A stretch of DNA of 64,000 nt from a virus (taxonomy: Duplodnaviria > Caudoviricetes). The stretch spans positions 1 through 64,000 of the IMG/VR virus record IMGVR_UViG_3300042010_000129; one strand, 5' to 3'. Position 1 is the stretch's first letter, and each line of letters begins with the position of its first letter. Shown here in pieces: positions 18,756-27,369 of this stretch. A model generated the notes under the pieces. It did not search any database. It had not been told where the DNA came from and saw only the letters and a program-made list of their open reading frames with translations. Both the position numbers and the translations under genes were made by a program.

Positions 18756-18784
18756 AAAGCGGCCTAGAAATAGGTCGCTTTTTT
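18756..18784 (+). terminator. Intrinsic terminator
   Basis: aaagcggccta-gaaa-taggtcgc followed by T6. Confidence 0.85.
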
Positions 18785-18804
18785 CATTTCTGCGGGAGAA
18801 AAAC

Positions 18805-19605
18805 ATGTTCAACGCTAGCGGAATTGTTCAAAACATTCTGAGTGGCAGCGTCACCTATTCTGAATTGCTGCGCGATATCGCCACTGTGCAGCAAATGAGT
18901 TCCAACGCCATCGGTGCAGATTACATTGTCAACATGCTGGCCGCTCTCGGTTGCCGTCTTTCTCTCGACGGTGAAAAACTTATCACCGTTCCTTTTGATG
19001 CCAGCGTTACCGTTACTACCCCGAATCACATGCGTGCGGCTGGGAATGATCTTCCATTCATCAAATCCGAACCGTTCGTGTTGCTGCCAAACTGGCAGGA
19101 TCTTTATGCACGCGTCGAAGTTATGCTGCCCGGCAAAACTGAATCGCTGTTGGTAATCGCCTATCGCGAAACGTTGAACATGCAAAACACGTTCGCCGCG
19201 CAAGGTCGCCGCGTTCCATCGCAAATGGTTTGCTTCCCTGTCATGTCGTTGAATGACGGCAAGGTCAAACTTGCGCGCATGTCGCTTTTCAGTTTCATGA
19301 AAGGTTCTGCGGCCTTCTTGAATGGTGGCGCCTGCACCATCGTCGGCCATCACGCACGCAAACGCATTCAAGCGTGCGCCGCGCAACTGAATCACAGCCA
19401 TGACCCGGTTAAAGCAATGGCCGAGGCTGAAGCGGCGTTGAATGCATTGCGCGCCGACTATCAACAGCCGAACACCCTTACCTATGAACAGGGCTGCATG
19501 CTGCGTACCTTGCTGGACACGCGCAAACGCAATGCAAAGGCCATTCAGGCGGGTATGGGCAGCATTCATAACGAACCAAAGGGGCAAGGCGCTAATCCCG
19601 CTTGA
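18805..19605 (+). CDS. Hypothetical protein, 266 aa
   Basis: GGGAG SD, full ORF. Confidence 0.8.
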   Translation: MFNASGIVQNILSGSVTYSELLRDIATVQQMSSNAIGADYIVNMLAALGCRLSLDGEKLITVPFDASVTVTTPNHMRAAGNDLPFIKSEPFVLLPNWQDLYARVEVMLPGKTESLLVIAYRETLNMQNTFAAQGRRVPSQMVCFPVMSLNDGKVKLARMSLFSFMKGSAAFLNGGACTIVGHHARKRIQACAAQLNHSHDPVKAMAEAEAALNALRADYQQPNTLTYEQGCMLRTLLDTRKRNAKAIQAGMGSIHNEPKGQGANPA

Positions 19606-19821
19606 CCCTATGAAGGCCCTTTGATACCTTAAAGGCCTTCCGTAACGTTTTGTGCCTGATGCATTAGCGCTCACGGAATAAGGGAAGTTTGTAGTTGCTG
19701 CCTTATATAGGCATGCGCCACCGCCTGTTCTGCGATGTGCGTTTGCCGTTGGTAGTTCGCCGCCCTCGGCAAAAATGCACAGTCGATAAACGACACTAAC
19801 GAAATTTGGAAAGTTGGAGAT

Positions 19822-21717
19822 TTGGAAATGACTATTCTTAAAGGCCAGACCGTAAACGTTAACCACGGCAAGAAAGGCGTATTCAAAGAGACGGTGAAAA
19901 CCGTTCTGCGTAATGGCACCGTTCGCACCGAGGAAGGTTCCGAGTTCAACACCGCCGACATGTACAACAAAGGCAAAGGCAAATTCGTTGACCTGAAAGG
20001 CGGCGTCGTGAAGAAAACCACCGCTGCCGCTGCACCTGCTGCAAAAGCCGAACGTCCTGCACCGCCGACCATCACTTTCAAAGAACTGGAAGAGAAAGCG
20101 CGCAAAATCAACGGCATCGAAATCGAAAGCCTGAAGCGCAAAGAAGGCACCGTGGTTCTGGCTGACGGTTCGACCGTTGCAATCGGTGACATTTCCCGCA
20201 AGGGCAAAGGTTACGGTGCCGACGTTGTGACCCCTGCGCCGAAAGCTGGCAAGAAAACCGCCGCTGTTAAAGCTGCAACCGAAAAAGCCCCTGTGAAAAC
20301 TTCCGGCGTTAAGCCAGCTGCAAAAACTGCTGCCCCGGCAAAAACTGGCGGCGCAGTGAAGAAAGTCAAAGCGGCCCCGGCTGACGACAACGCATTCGAC
20401 GAAGGCGCGCTGTATGGCCCGGCTGGTCAATACGAAACTTCCGACGTTCGCGGCAAGGTGATCGACTTCAACGGCGACGACGTGAAAGTGGTTAAAACCT
20501 TTTCGTCCGGTCGTTGCGTTCTGGAAAGCGGCGACGAATTCCAAGCCGACGAAATTCGCAAACGTCATGATGGCCGTTTCTGCGTGTACTCCGATGAATA
20601 CATCGACGAACTGAAAGAACTGCACGAACAAGCCAACACCCGTGCGAAGGCAATTCAAAAGGCCAAAGACACGCCGAAGCCTGTAACGTCGCGCAGCTTC
20701 AAAAAGAACGTGACTCAAGTTCTGGTCGGCAAGAAAATGCAAACCGTTGCACGCGTTCTGACCACTGGCGTTGTCGTCATGGATTCCGGGTTGCGCATTG
20801 CAATCGCTGACATTGAACAGCAAGGCGCAAAACTGGTTTACGGCGGTGCTGCATCGACCAACCAGAAAGCCGGTGGCGCACTTCCGAAAACCCGCGAAGT
20901 TCCGCCGTTCGAGAAAAAGATCGTTCGCGTTTCTGAATTCGACGACGACACCGCGCAAGACATTTGCGATTTGCTCGAAGAAAACGTGCGCAAAATCATG
21001 GCGGGCGAATACGACGTTCAACTGGTTTCGTCGTTCGCCGGTCGCGGCACCGAATTCTGCACCGTTGCATTCAGCTTCGCGATTGCCGACGCTGACCCGG
21101 CGCGCATTCAGGAAATGGTTGCACGTCAACGCGCTGAAAACTTCGCTGATGATGAAAACAGCGATACCGACGCGCACCAGCTGACTCCGAATGCCGACGA
21201 CATTCCTGAAGAGGAAGAAGAGCAGGAAGAGGAAGAGGAACAGGAAGAAGAGGAAGAGCAGGAAGAGGAAGAAGAACAGGAAGAGGAAGAGGAACAGGAA
21301 GAGGAAGAGGAACAGGAAGAGGAAGAAGAACTGGAAGAGGAAGAACTGGAAGAGGAAGAGCAAGAAGATTTCCCCGACAGCCAGACTTTCGCACCTGCTG
21401 AAACTTCGTTCCCTATCGACACCTCGGAACTGGTCGGTGATGCTTCGGCCCGTATGGCGAAAATCGTTCCTACTGCCAAATATCAAGGCGCAATGCGTAA
21501 AGCCGCTTTGGCATGGTATGAATCGCAAGATGCGTACACCAATTTCGGTTATGCCATTGAACCGGGTTCGACTGTCGAAGATGCAGGTCAAACCTACCTG
21601 TTCATCGGCCTGCGCAATGATGTTGTCGGCCTGATCAACGTTGCGAGCGAAACCGTTCGTTCGGTGGACTTCGAAAAATTCGTTGAGATTTGCGAAGCCA
21701 ACGGCATCGAAATCTAA
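19822..21717 (+). CDS. Multidomain protein, 631 aa: four SH3/KOW-like repeats, K/A linkers, EEEEEQ tract
   Basis: GGAG SD; repeated V..v...G.vv...G..f...DI units; acidic repeat. Confidence 0.9.
   Translation: MEMTILKGQTVNVNHGKKGVFKETVKTVLRNGTVRTEEGSEFNTADMYNKGKGKFVDLKGGVVKKTTAAAAPAAKAERPAPPTITFKELEEKARKINGIEIESLKRKEGTVVLADGSTVAIGDISRKGKGYGADVVTPAPKAGKKTAAVKAATEKAPVKTSGVKPAAKTAAPAKTGGAVKKVKAAPADDNAFDEGALYGPAGQYETSDVRGKVIDFNGDDVKVVKTFSSGRCVLESGDEFQADEIRKRHDGRFCVYSDEYIDELKELHEQANTRAKAIQKAKDTPKPVTSRSFKKNVTQVLVGKKMQTVARVLTTGVVVMDSGLRIAIADIEQQGAKLVYGGAASTNQKAGGALPKTREVPPFEKKIVRVSEFDDDTAQDICDLLEENVRKIMAGEYDVQLVSSFAGRGTEFCTVAFSFAIADADPARIQEMVARQRAENFADDENSDTDAHQLTPNADDIPEEEEEQEEEEEQEEEEEQEEEEEQEEEEEQEEEEEQEEEEELEEEELEEEEQEDFPDSQTFAPAETSFPIDTSELVGDASARMAKIVPTAKYQGAMRKAALAWYESQDAYTNFGYAIEPGSTVEDAGQTYLFIGLRNDVVGLINVASETVRSVDFEKFVEICEANGIEI
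21208..21363 (+). repeat. Coding tandem repeat (EEEEEQ)x6 plus three degenerate units
   Basis: 18-nt units such as gaagaggaagaagagcag. Confidence 0.9.
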
Positions 21718-21784
21718 TCGCGCCTGTTCCCACGCGGGGGAGCAATAAGAATCCCCCGCAAATTTAATTCCGAGGTAAAAGATC

Positions 21785-22939
21785 ATGAACGAATTTTTCA
21801 GCCGCTTGGTAGGATCTGCACACGTTGCAATCGCTGCCTTTTATCAGAGCCTGTTTTCGCAAGCTCTCAGTACCTCCGCCGATGAATTGGCAGACTGGTA
21901 CAAACTCGATCCGACCGAAGTCGATCTGGAAGACGGCGCAGAAATTTACGCCAAACGTATTTCGCTGCCGATTTGGGATTTGGTAAATCCTGATCATGCG
22001 GCGGAAATTGCCAGTGACATGATGCTGGAACTCGAATCCAAGCACGATATGCATTTGTGCAGTTACACCGGCGACGGCGAATTCATCGTTTACATCACCA
22101 ACGAAGAAATCGAACTCGACGCTTTGCGTTTGGCTTTCGACGACCTCGAAGAACTGGAAGAGGAAGAGGAAGAACTCGAAGAACTCGACGGTTCCGAACT
22201 TCAGCAACAACCGGAAAGCGGTCGCGTTCTTTCGATGGTTCCACGCATCGACCAATCGGCCCCGGCCCCGGCTGCGCCAGCCGTTGAAGTCGAAGCGGAT
22301 TTCCCCGAGGAAGATTTCCCCGAGGAACCAGAACCAACCGAACAGGCCCCGGTAGCCGCGCAAACCGCGCCTGAGCAAATCGAAGACGCCGATCTGGTAG
22401 AGGAAGAGCCTTTGCCCGAGGAAACGCCTGTAAACGAAGCACAGGCCGCGCCAGCACCAACCGAAACCAACGCGCAAGCCGATGCACTGGCGAACGCATT
22501 GAACGGTGAACCTGTACACGCACAGGAACCGCTGACCGAATCGGAAACCGTGGCAGTCATTGCCGAACGTTCCGACCAGCAGCAACCAGCAGCAGAACCG
22601 GCGCCAATCGACGACGTTGTTGATACCGGCCCGGTAAAAGAATCGCCGGAAATCATTGCGGCAATTCACGCGGAAAAAATGCAGCAACTGATGGGCATGT
22701 TACCGTCTGACACCATGTCTGAAGTTGATGAAAATACCGGCGTGCTGTCCCTGATGTACAGTCGTGACGTGAACGGCGAAAACGTGGATTACATCCGCAA
22801 CATTCGCCTTGTAAATGAAAACTTCCAAAACATTCGTTACGTGGACGTTTTCTATGTCGAAGACGAAGCGGGTAAAGTGCTGCACCGCACGTCGAGCGTA
22901 CAGAGCATTATCCAGCACTTGGATAACCTGAACGCGTAA
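21785..22939 (+). CDS. Acidic protein with long E/P/A-rich disordered middle, 384 aa
   Basis: GAGG SD; composition. Confidence 0.9.
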   Translation: MNEFFSRLVGSAHVAIAAFYQSLFSQALSTSADELADWYKLDPTEVDLEDGAEIYAKRISLPIWDLVNPDHAAEIASDMMLELESKHDMHLCSYTGDGEFIVYITNEEIELDALRLAFDDLEELEEEEEELEELDGSELQQQPESGRVLSMVPRIDQSAPAPAAPAVEVEADFPEEDFPEEPEPTEQAPVAAQTAPEQIEDADLVEEEPLPEETPVNEAQAAPAPTETNAQADALANALNGEPVHAQEPLTESETVAVIAERSDQQQPAAEPAPIDDVVDTGPVKESPEIIAAIHAEKMQQLMGMLPSDTMSEVDENTGVLSLMYSRDVNGENVDYIRNIRLVNENFQNIRYVDVFYVEDEAGKVLHRTSSVQSIIQHLDNLNA

Positions 22940-22944
22940 CGCGA

Positions 22945-22955
22945 AACTGTAAATC
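22945..22955 (+). promoter_or_regulatory. AACTGTAAATC motif
   Basis: Intergenic copy, immediately followed by a terminator hairpin. Confidence 0.45.
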
Positions 22956-22960
22956 AGAAT

Positions 22961-22991
22961 GGAAGGGCTACCCTGTGGCCCTTCCTTTTTT
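22961..22991 (+). terminator. Intrinsic terminator
   Basis: ggaagggc ... gcccttcc followed by T6. Confidence 0.8.
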
Positions 22992-23011
22992 CATTTCTGG
23001 AGCCTGTGCAT

Positions 23012-23467
23012 ATGATTCACCGCAAACGCAGCGAAAAAATCGAAAACATTTACATGGCGTTGGGCATGCTGGAAAAAGATCCGCGCCGTGAAAAATTCGA
23101 AATGGACATGACCCTCACTTCCCTAATCGGCCCGAACATCACGTTGAAAACTTCGCACTACGAAGCGATTATCACCGTTCCGTTCGAAGGGCAGATTGTC
23201 ATTCTCGAAATCGACGGGGCTAAGCAGCGCTTCGCTGATTACGCCGCGTTCCTCGAATTCTTCCTGCGCTCTTTGGAGCCTGCCCGCCCGGCTACCCTTG
23301 CCCTTGCTGCTGTAATGACCGATGGCACCCGCTTGGGCAACTCAGTGGCGTTTGAGCGCAACGGCGTGCGCTACCTGTGCGTTGAAAAAGACGGCCAGTT
23401 CGAAGTGCGTTACAACAACCAAATGATGGTAATGCCGCACGACGACATTGCCGCCGTTTTCGGCTGA
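23012..23467 (+). CDS. Hypothetical protein, ~151 aa
   Basis: GGAG upstream; start 23006 or 23012. Confidence 0.8.
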   Translation: MIHRKRSEKIENIYMALGMLEKDPRREKFEMDMTLTSLIGPNITLKTSHYEAIITVPFEGQIVILEIDGAKQRFADYAAFLEFFLRSLEPARPATLALAAVMTDGTRLGNSVAFERNGVRYLCVEKDGQFEVRYNNQMMVMPHDDIAAVFG

Positions 23468-23484
23468 TCAACCGAGGGATAAAG

Positions 23485-23787
23485 ATGGAACTGGCAGAAT
23501 TTGTTTCGCACGTTTTGCAATTTGCAGAACATGACGAAATTGCAATTACGAACCATCCCCTTGATATGCATCCTTTCGAGGCTGCTATCGCCCTCAACAG
23601 CGCGTTGGCCCTTGTGCCCGGTGGTGAAGCCGTAAAAGTTTTCGGCACCACTGGCGACACAATTATTATCGTGCGCGTGTCGGCCATTCCTGAATATCGC
23701 GAAGCCATTGAATTCGGTTGCGATAAACGACACGCTGAAGAAATCAAACAAATTTGCGAGCGCCCGAACAATGCAGCTACTGACTAG
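23485..23787 (+). CDS. Hypothetical protein, 100 aa
   Basis: GAGGGA SD. Confidence 0.8.
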   Translation: MELAEFVSHVLQFAEHDEIAITNHPLDMHPFEAAIALNSALALVPGGEAVKVFGTTGDTIIIVRVSAIPEYREAIEFGCDKRHAEEIKQICERPNNAATD

Positions 23788-25057
23788 CACTCTCCATCAC
23801 CTGTACGAAAAAGGAATTCTCAAAACGTGCGAACCAACGCATGATTTCGAGTCATATTCGTATGAGTACATGGGCCGACTGGTTAAGCAGCCCGTTACGG
23901 TTGGTACGCGTATGAAAAAATCAGACCTGTTGAATATCGTGCGCAGTGCGTGCGATGGAAACCTCGAAGACATGGCGACGGTTGCCATGCTTTACAACGT
24001 AGGCTTTGGCCTGCCGTTTGATCGTGATCGCGCAGTAGCGTGGATGCAATATTCGTTGGTGAACCCATCGAGCCAGTTCGACGCCGAATGTGAGTACGCG
24101 ATTAAATGCGCAGAGGAAGCGCCGGACGTTTCCTATCCGGACTCGCTGATTTATCCGTGTCTGGATATCGTGCGTAAAATTCACGATCATAAAAACACTG
24201 GCACCATTCGCAAAGGCTGTTCGGTTCTGCCGCGCTTTAAAGGCGTGCGCGTGTATTTGATTTATCGCACGCAGCCCGGCGTAACGCCGCATCTGTACGC
24301 AGGCTTTTATCACGACAAGGAGAATTATTTCCTTGCGCTGGATAAACTGGTTGCGTTGGGTGCGCCGCGCTATTTCGGTGAACTCCGGGGCCGCGTAACG
24401 ATTCCGGAATACACACCGTTCGGCCACAATGCGATGTATGTAATTGCTGGCACCGTTTACATTCCCGAATCGAAACGGAATGGCGACAAGATTAGCAAAG
24501 TGTTCAAAGAATTCCTGACGGATGAAACGCCGCAGCTGACACCGCAACACTTCAGCGTTGACGACACTGTTGCCATGCTGGAAGAGGCGCAGAAAACTGT
24601 AAATACTATTACACGGTCACAGAGCCGATTGGCGGAACAAGGTAAGGCCATTCCTTTGGAGTCGCTGCAACAATTGCAGAAGGCAAACAAACGAGTGGAT
24701 CAGCTTACGGCGCAGGTTAAGAACGCCAACCCGGAAGCCGAGTATCAAGCCTATCTCAAATCGCGCCCTGAAGCCCGTCTGCGCTTCGTTGCGACTGAAA
24801 TGTACCGCTGGAACCGGGACGGACTTAAAACCGTTCCAATGGGACGCCAGCAGCACCAGCAAATGCAATCGTTAGGGTTTCACAGCCTCACGCATCCAGC
24901 CCTCGAATTCGTTGGTCATGTCGCAGACACAACCGACGTGCGTGAAACTGTAAATAAATTCGAGAAGGCTATGGACGCAAAGGTATCTGCCTTAATCATT
25001 CAACCCGGCCCCGAATCGACGGTTCGGTTTGTAGACGTTACGAGGATTGATCTGTGA
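23771..25057 (+). CDS. SEL1-like repeat plus degenerate NAD-ligase adenylation-like domain, ~428 aa
   Basis: LYNVGFGLPFDRDRAVAWMQYS (SEL1-like); PRFKGVR, VIAGTVYIP, RLRFVA, QSLGF and VSALIIQ parallel LigA motifs. Confidence 0.8.
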   Translation: MQLLTSTLHHLYEKGILKTCEPTHDFESYSYEYMGRLVKQPVTVGTRMKKSDLLNIVRSACDGNLEDMATVAMLYNVGFGLPFDRDRAVAWMQYSLVNPSSQFDAECEYAIKCAEEAPDVSYPDSLIYPCLDIVRKIHDHKNTGTIRKGCSVLPRFKGVRVYLIYRTQPGVTPHLYAGFYHDKENYFLALDKLVALGAPRYFGELRGRVTIPEYTPFGHNAMYVIAGTVYIPESKRNGDKISKVFKEFLTDETPQLTPQHFSVDDTVAMLEEAQKTVNTITRSQSRLAEQGKAIPLESLQQLQKANKRVDQLTAQVKNANPEAEYQAYLKSRPEARLRFVATEMYRWNRDGLKTVPMGRQQHQQMQSLGFHSLTHPALEFVGHVADTTDVRETVNKFEKAMDAKVSALIIQPGPESTVRFVDVTRIDL

Positions 25058-25992
25058 GCAATGACATTTCGTACAACGAAGCACATGAGCAACAATTGAA
25101 ATCGAGCGAGCGCCAATTGGGCATCGCTACCGAACCGGAAAACGTTACACGCAACAAAGAAAATATTCCGGTTAAAGTTGCCGGTGAATTCCCGGTGCGG
25201 ATTGTGCCGCGTGTTGAAGTGGTATTCGGCGCCGTGCTGAATACTGTAAATGAAGTAATAGAACAGCACAAAACGCTGACGCCTTTGATCGGCCACGACA
25301 ACGGCGTAGTGGAAGAGGAAGACAATTCGGTTTCCCTCTACAGTCCGCTTTCGCGCAAATACAACGGCGCAGCATTGCAGCCGCTGGAATCGCTTTACGA
25401 ATTCCTTGCAGCCCTTGAGCTTGAGCAATATTTGATTGTCTGCGAAGACTCGGTATTGCAGCAGCGCATTCAAGGTCTGATCGACACCCTGCATTCGCAA
25501 TTGCAGGATACGTTCGGTGGCCCGGCCTTCGAACAACACGGCCTCGATTTTTCCGTGGCCCGCAGTGATTATTTCTCTACCAGCGTCACGCAGTACACGG
25601 TGGAAGAGAAAACTGTAAATAATATTCATCTGGTGATTCGTGTGTACATTCACGCGGCCAGCTTGACGAATACCCCTGACGATCCTGTCGAAGCTATTAA
25701 CAGCGCATTCGGTGCGCCATACCGGCAAGTGATCAAAAACTTCGCGACTGCAACCAAGATCAAAACTCAGATTGCAGTTGCATTTGATGTTTCTAATTTC
25801 ACTGTACGGCCTAACCTTCTGACTCTGTTCACCGCGCTTTGCGCAGAACCGGGCGCACAAGCGGACGCTGTAAACAAAGACGATCATATCGACGCAAACG
25901 TAATTGTTTCCGTCGCGCTGACAAACCCAAACGCCAAGGTGAAGACTGCCCCGAAAAAGGGTGTGGCACCGGCAAAACGCAAAGGTAGTTAA
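25054..25992 (+). CDS. Hypothetical protein, 312 aa
   Basis: GTGA overlap; contains two ACTGTAAAT copies. Confidence 0.8.
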   Translation: MSNDISYNEAHEQQLKSSERQLGIATEPENVTRNKENIPVKVAGEFPVRIVPRVEVVFGAVLNTVNEVIEQHKTLTPLIGHDNGVVEEEDNSVSLYSPLSRKYNGAALQPLESLYEFLAALELEQYLIVCEDSVLQQRIQGLIDTLHSQLQDTFGGPAFEQHGLDFSVARSDYFSTSVTQYTVEEKTVNNIHLVIRVYIHAASLTNTPDDPVEAINSAFGAPYRQVIKNFATATKIKTQIAVAFDVSNFTVRPNLLTLFTALCAEPGAQADAVNKDDHIDANVIVSVALTNPNAKVKTAPKKGVAPAKRKGS

Positions 25993-25997
25993 ATCTC

Positions 25998-26555
25998 ATG
26001 GCAAAGCCAGAAAAAACCGTTAAAGCAAAAGCACGCACCAAAGTTTCCCGTCTCGACAAAGCCCTGCGCAAGCTGACCGGCACCAGCGCCAAAACCCCGT
26101 TCAGCATGAAAACCGGCGTGTTCACCGTGACCGGTTTCAGCGTTGTTCCTGCCGAAGTTCCGGGCTACCTGATCGACCGCACCGCGACCCACACCATCTA
26201 TCGCCACAAGGCTACCAGCGCCTCGAAGAAAATGGTTGTGTCCGTGTTCGCAAACTCCGACGTTCTGCAACTGCTGGGCGGCAAGGAAGGCGGTAGCGTT
26301 ACCGTTCGCCGTCGTTCCGCTTTCACCAGCGCAACCGGCACCCTGAAATTCGACGGCACTTCGGTAATCGTTACCGACGCTGACGGCGGCGTTGCCGTAT
26401 TCGATCTGGCCGCTGGCGATTACGAAATCAAAGCCGCTGACACCGAAGGTTCGCAAACTTCCGGTCGTGGCGTGAAATCGTCTTCCGACGAAGGCAAGAA
26501 GAAAAAGAAAGTCGTCGATATCAAAGAAGGCGGCAAGAAAAAAGCAAAAAAGTAA
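25998..26555 (+). CDS. Hypothetical protein with Lys-rich termini, 185 aa
   Basis: Full ORF, strong codon bias. Confidence 0.85.
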   Translation: MAKPEKTVKAKARTKVSRLDKALRKLTGTSAKTPFSMKTGVFTVTGFSVVPAEVPGYLIDRTATHTIYRHKATSASKKMVVSVFANSDVLQLLGGKEGGSVTVRRRSAFTSATGTLKFDGTSVIVTDADGGVAVFDLAAGDYEIKAADTEGSQTSGRGVKSSSDEGKKKKKVVDIKEGGKKKAKK

Positions 26556-26612
26556 CTGACACCCGGTACATGGGCGACCTCGACTGAGTGCGCCCGTGAC
26601 CACCTCGCAGTA

Positions 26613-26660
26613 AACTGTAAATACACTGTACAAGATGTGCAGTGCAGAAAACTGTAAATC
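26613..26660 (+). promoter_or_regulatory. Tandem AACTGTAAAT motifs (26613-26623, 26650-26660)
   Basis: Two copies 37 nt apart upstream of the poly-Glu gene. Confidence 0.65.
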
Positions 26661-26698
26661 TCTTTCAGCAACATCAATCAATATATCTGGAGTTATTC

Positions 26699-27229
26699 AT
26701 GGCTAAGCCAGCAAAAAAATCCGCCGCCAAATCCAAGCCAGCACCGAAGAGCAAGAAAAAGGCAGTGCCGGAAATCTCCGCTGACGACCTGAACCTGATC
26801 AACATGGATGTGCTGTCGCAAATCCTGATCGCGTTCCAAGACAAAGGCTTCGAAACCATCGAAGACGTGATCGGCGCCATCCAGCAACTGATCGAAAGCG
26901 AAGAGGAAGAGGAAGAGGAAGAGGAAGAGGAAGAGGAAGAGGAAGAGGAAGAGGAAGAGGAAGAGGAAGAGGAAGAGGAAGAGGAAGAAGAGGAAGAGGA
27001 AGAGGAAGAGGAAGAGGAAGAGGAAGAGGAAGAGGAAGAGGAAGAAGAGGAAGAGGAAGAAGAGGAAGAAGAGGAAGAGGAAGAGGAAGAGGAAGAGGAA
27101 GAGGAAGAGGAAGAGGAAGAGGAAGAGGAAGAAGAGGAAGAGGAAGAGGAAGAGGAAGAAGAGGAAGAGGAAGAGGAAGAGGAAGAGGAAGAGGAAGAAG
27201 AGGAAGAGGAAGAAGACGACGACGAATAA
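26699..27229 (+). CDS. Poly-glutamate protein, 176 aa (basic N-tip, helical core, E105 tail)
   Basis: GGAG SD before MAKPAKKS; 105 consecutive Glu codons; terminator follows. Confidence 0.85.
   Translation: MAKPAKKSAAKSKPAPKSKKKAVPEISADDLNLINMDVLSQILIAFQDKGFETIEDVIGAIQQLIESEEEEEEEEEEEEEEEEEEEEEEEEEEEEEEEEEEEEEEEEEEEEEEEEEEEEEEEEEEEEEEEEEEEEEEEEEEEEEEEEEEEEEEEEEEEEEEEEEEEEEEEEEDDDE
26900..27214 (+). repeat. (GAAGAG)n purine-only coding microsatellite
   Basis: 315 nt of only GAA/GAG codons with occasional GAAGAAGAG interruptions. Confidence 0.95.
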
Positions 27230-27293
27230 TCGTCTCTGATCTTCTGATCTGAACCGCTTCGAAATTCTCCGACTTCTTTCGATCTGAGAATTC

Positions 27294-27325
27294 AAGAAAC
27301 CCGGTAAAATCGCCGGGTTTCTTTT
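27294..27325 (+). terminator. Intrinsic terminator
   Basis: aagaaacccgg ... ccgggtttctttt. Confidence 0.85.
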
Positions 27326-27369
27326 CGCCTAAAATCGGCATTCTGAAAATTTAAGGGAACACGAACATC

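Noticed and set aside
26693-27341. Poly-FL and poly-LP ORFs on the - strand
   Set aside because: Reverse-frame read-outs of the (GAAGAG)n tract; only the + strand frame has SD, upstream motifs and terminator.
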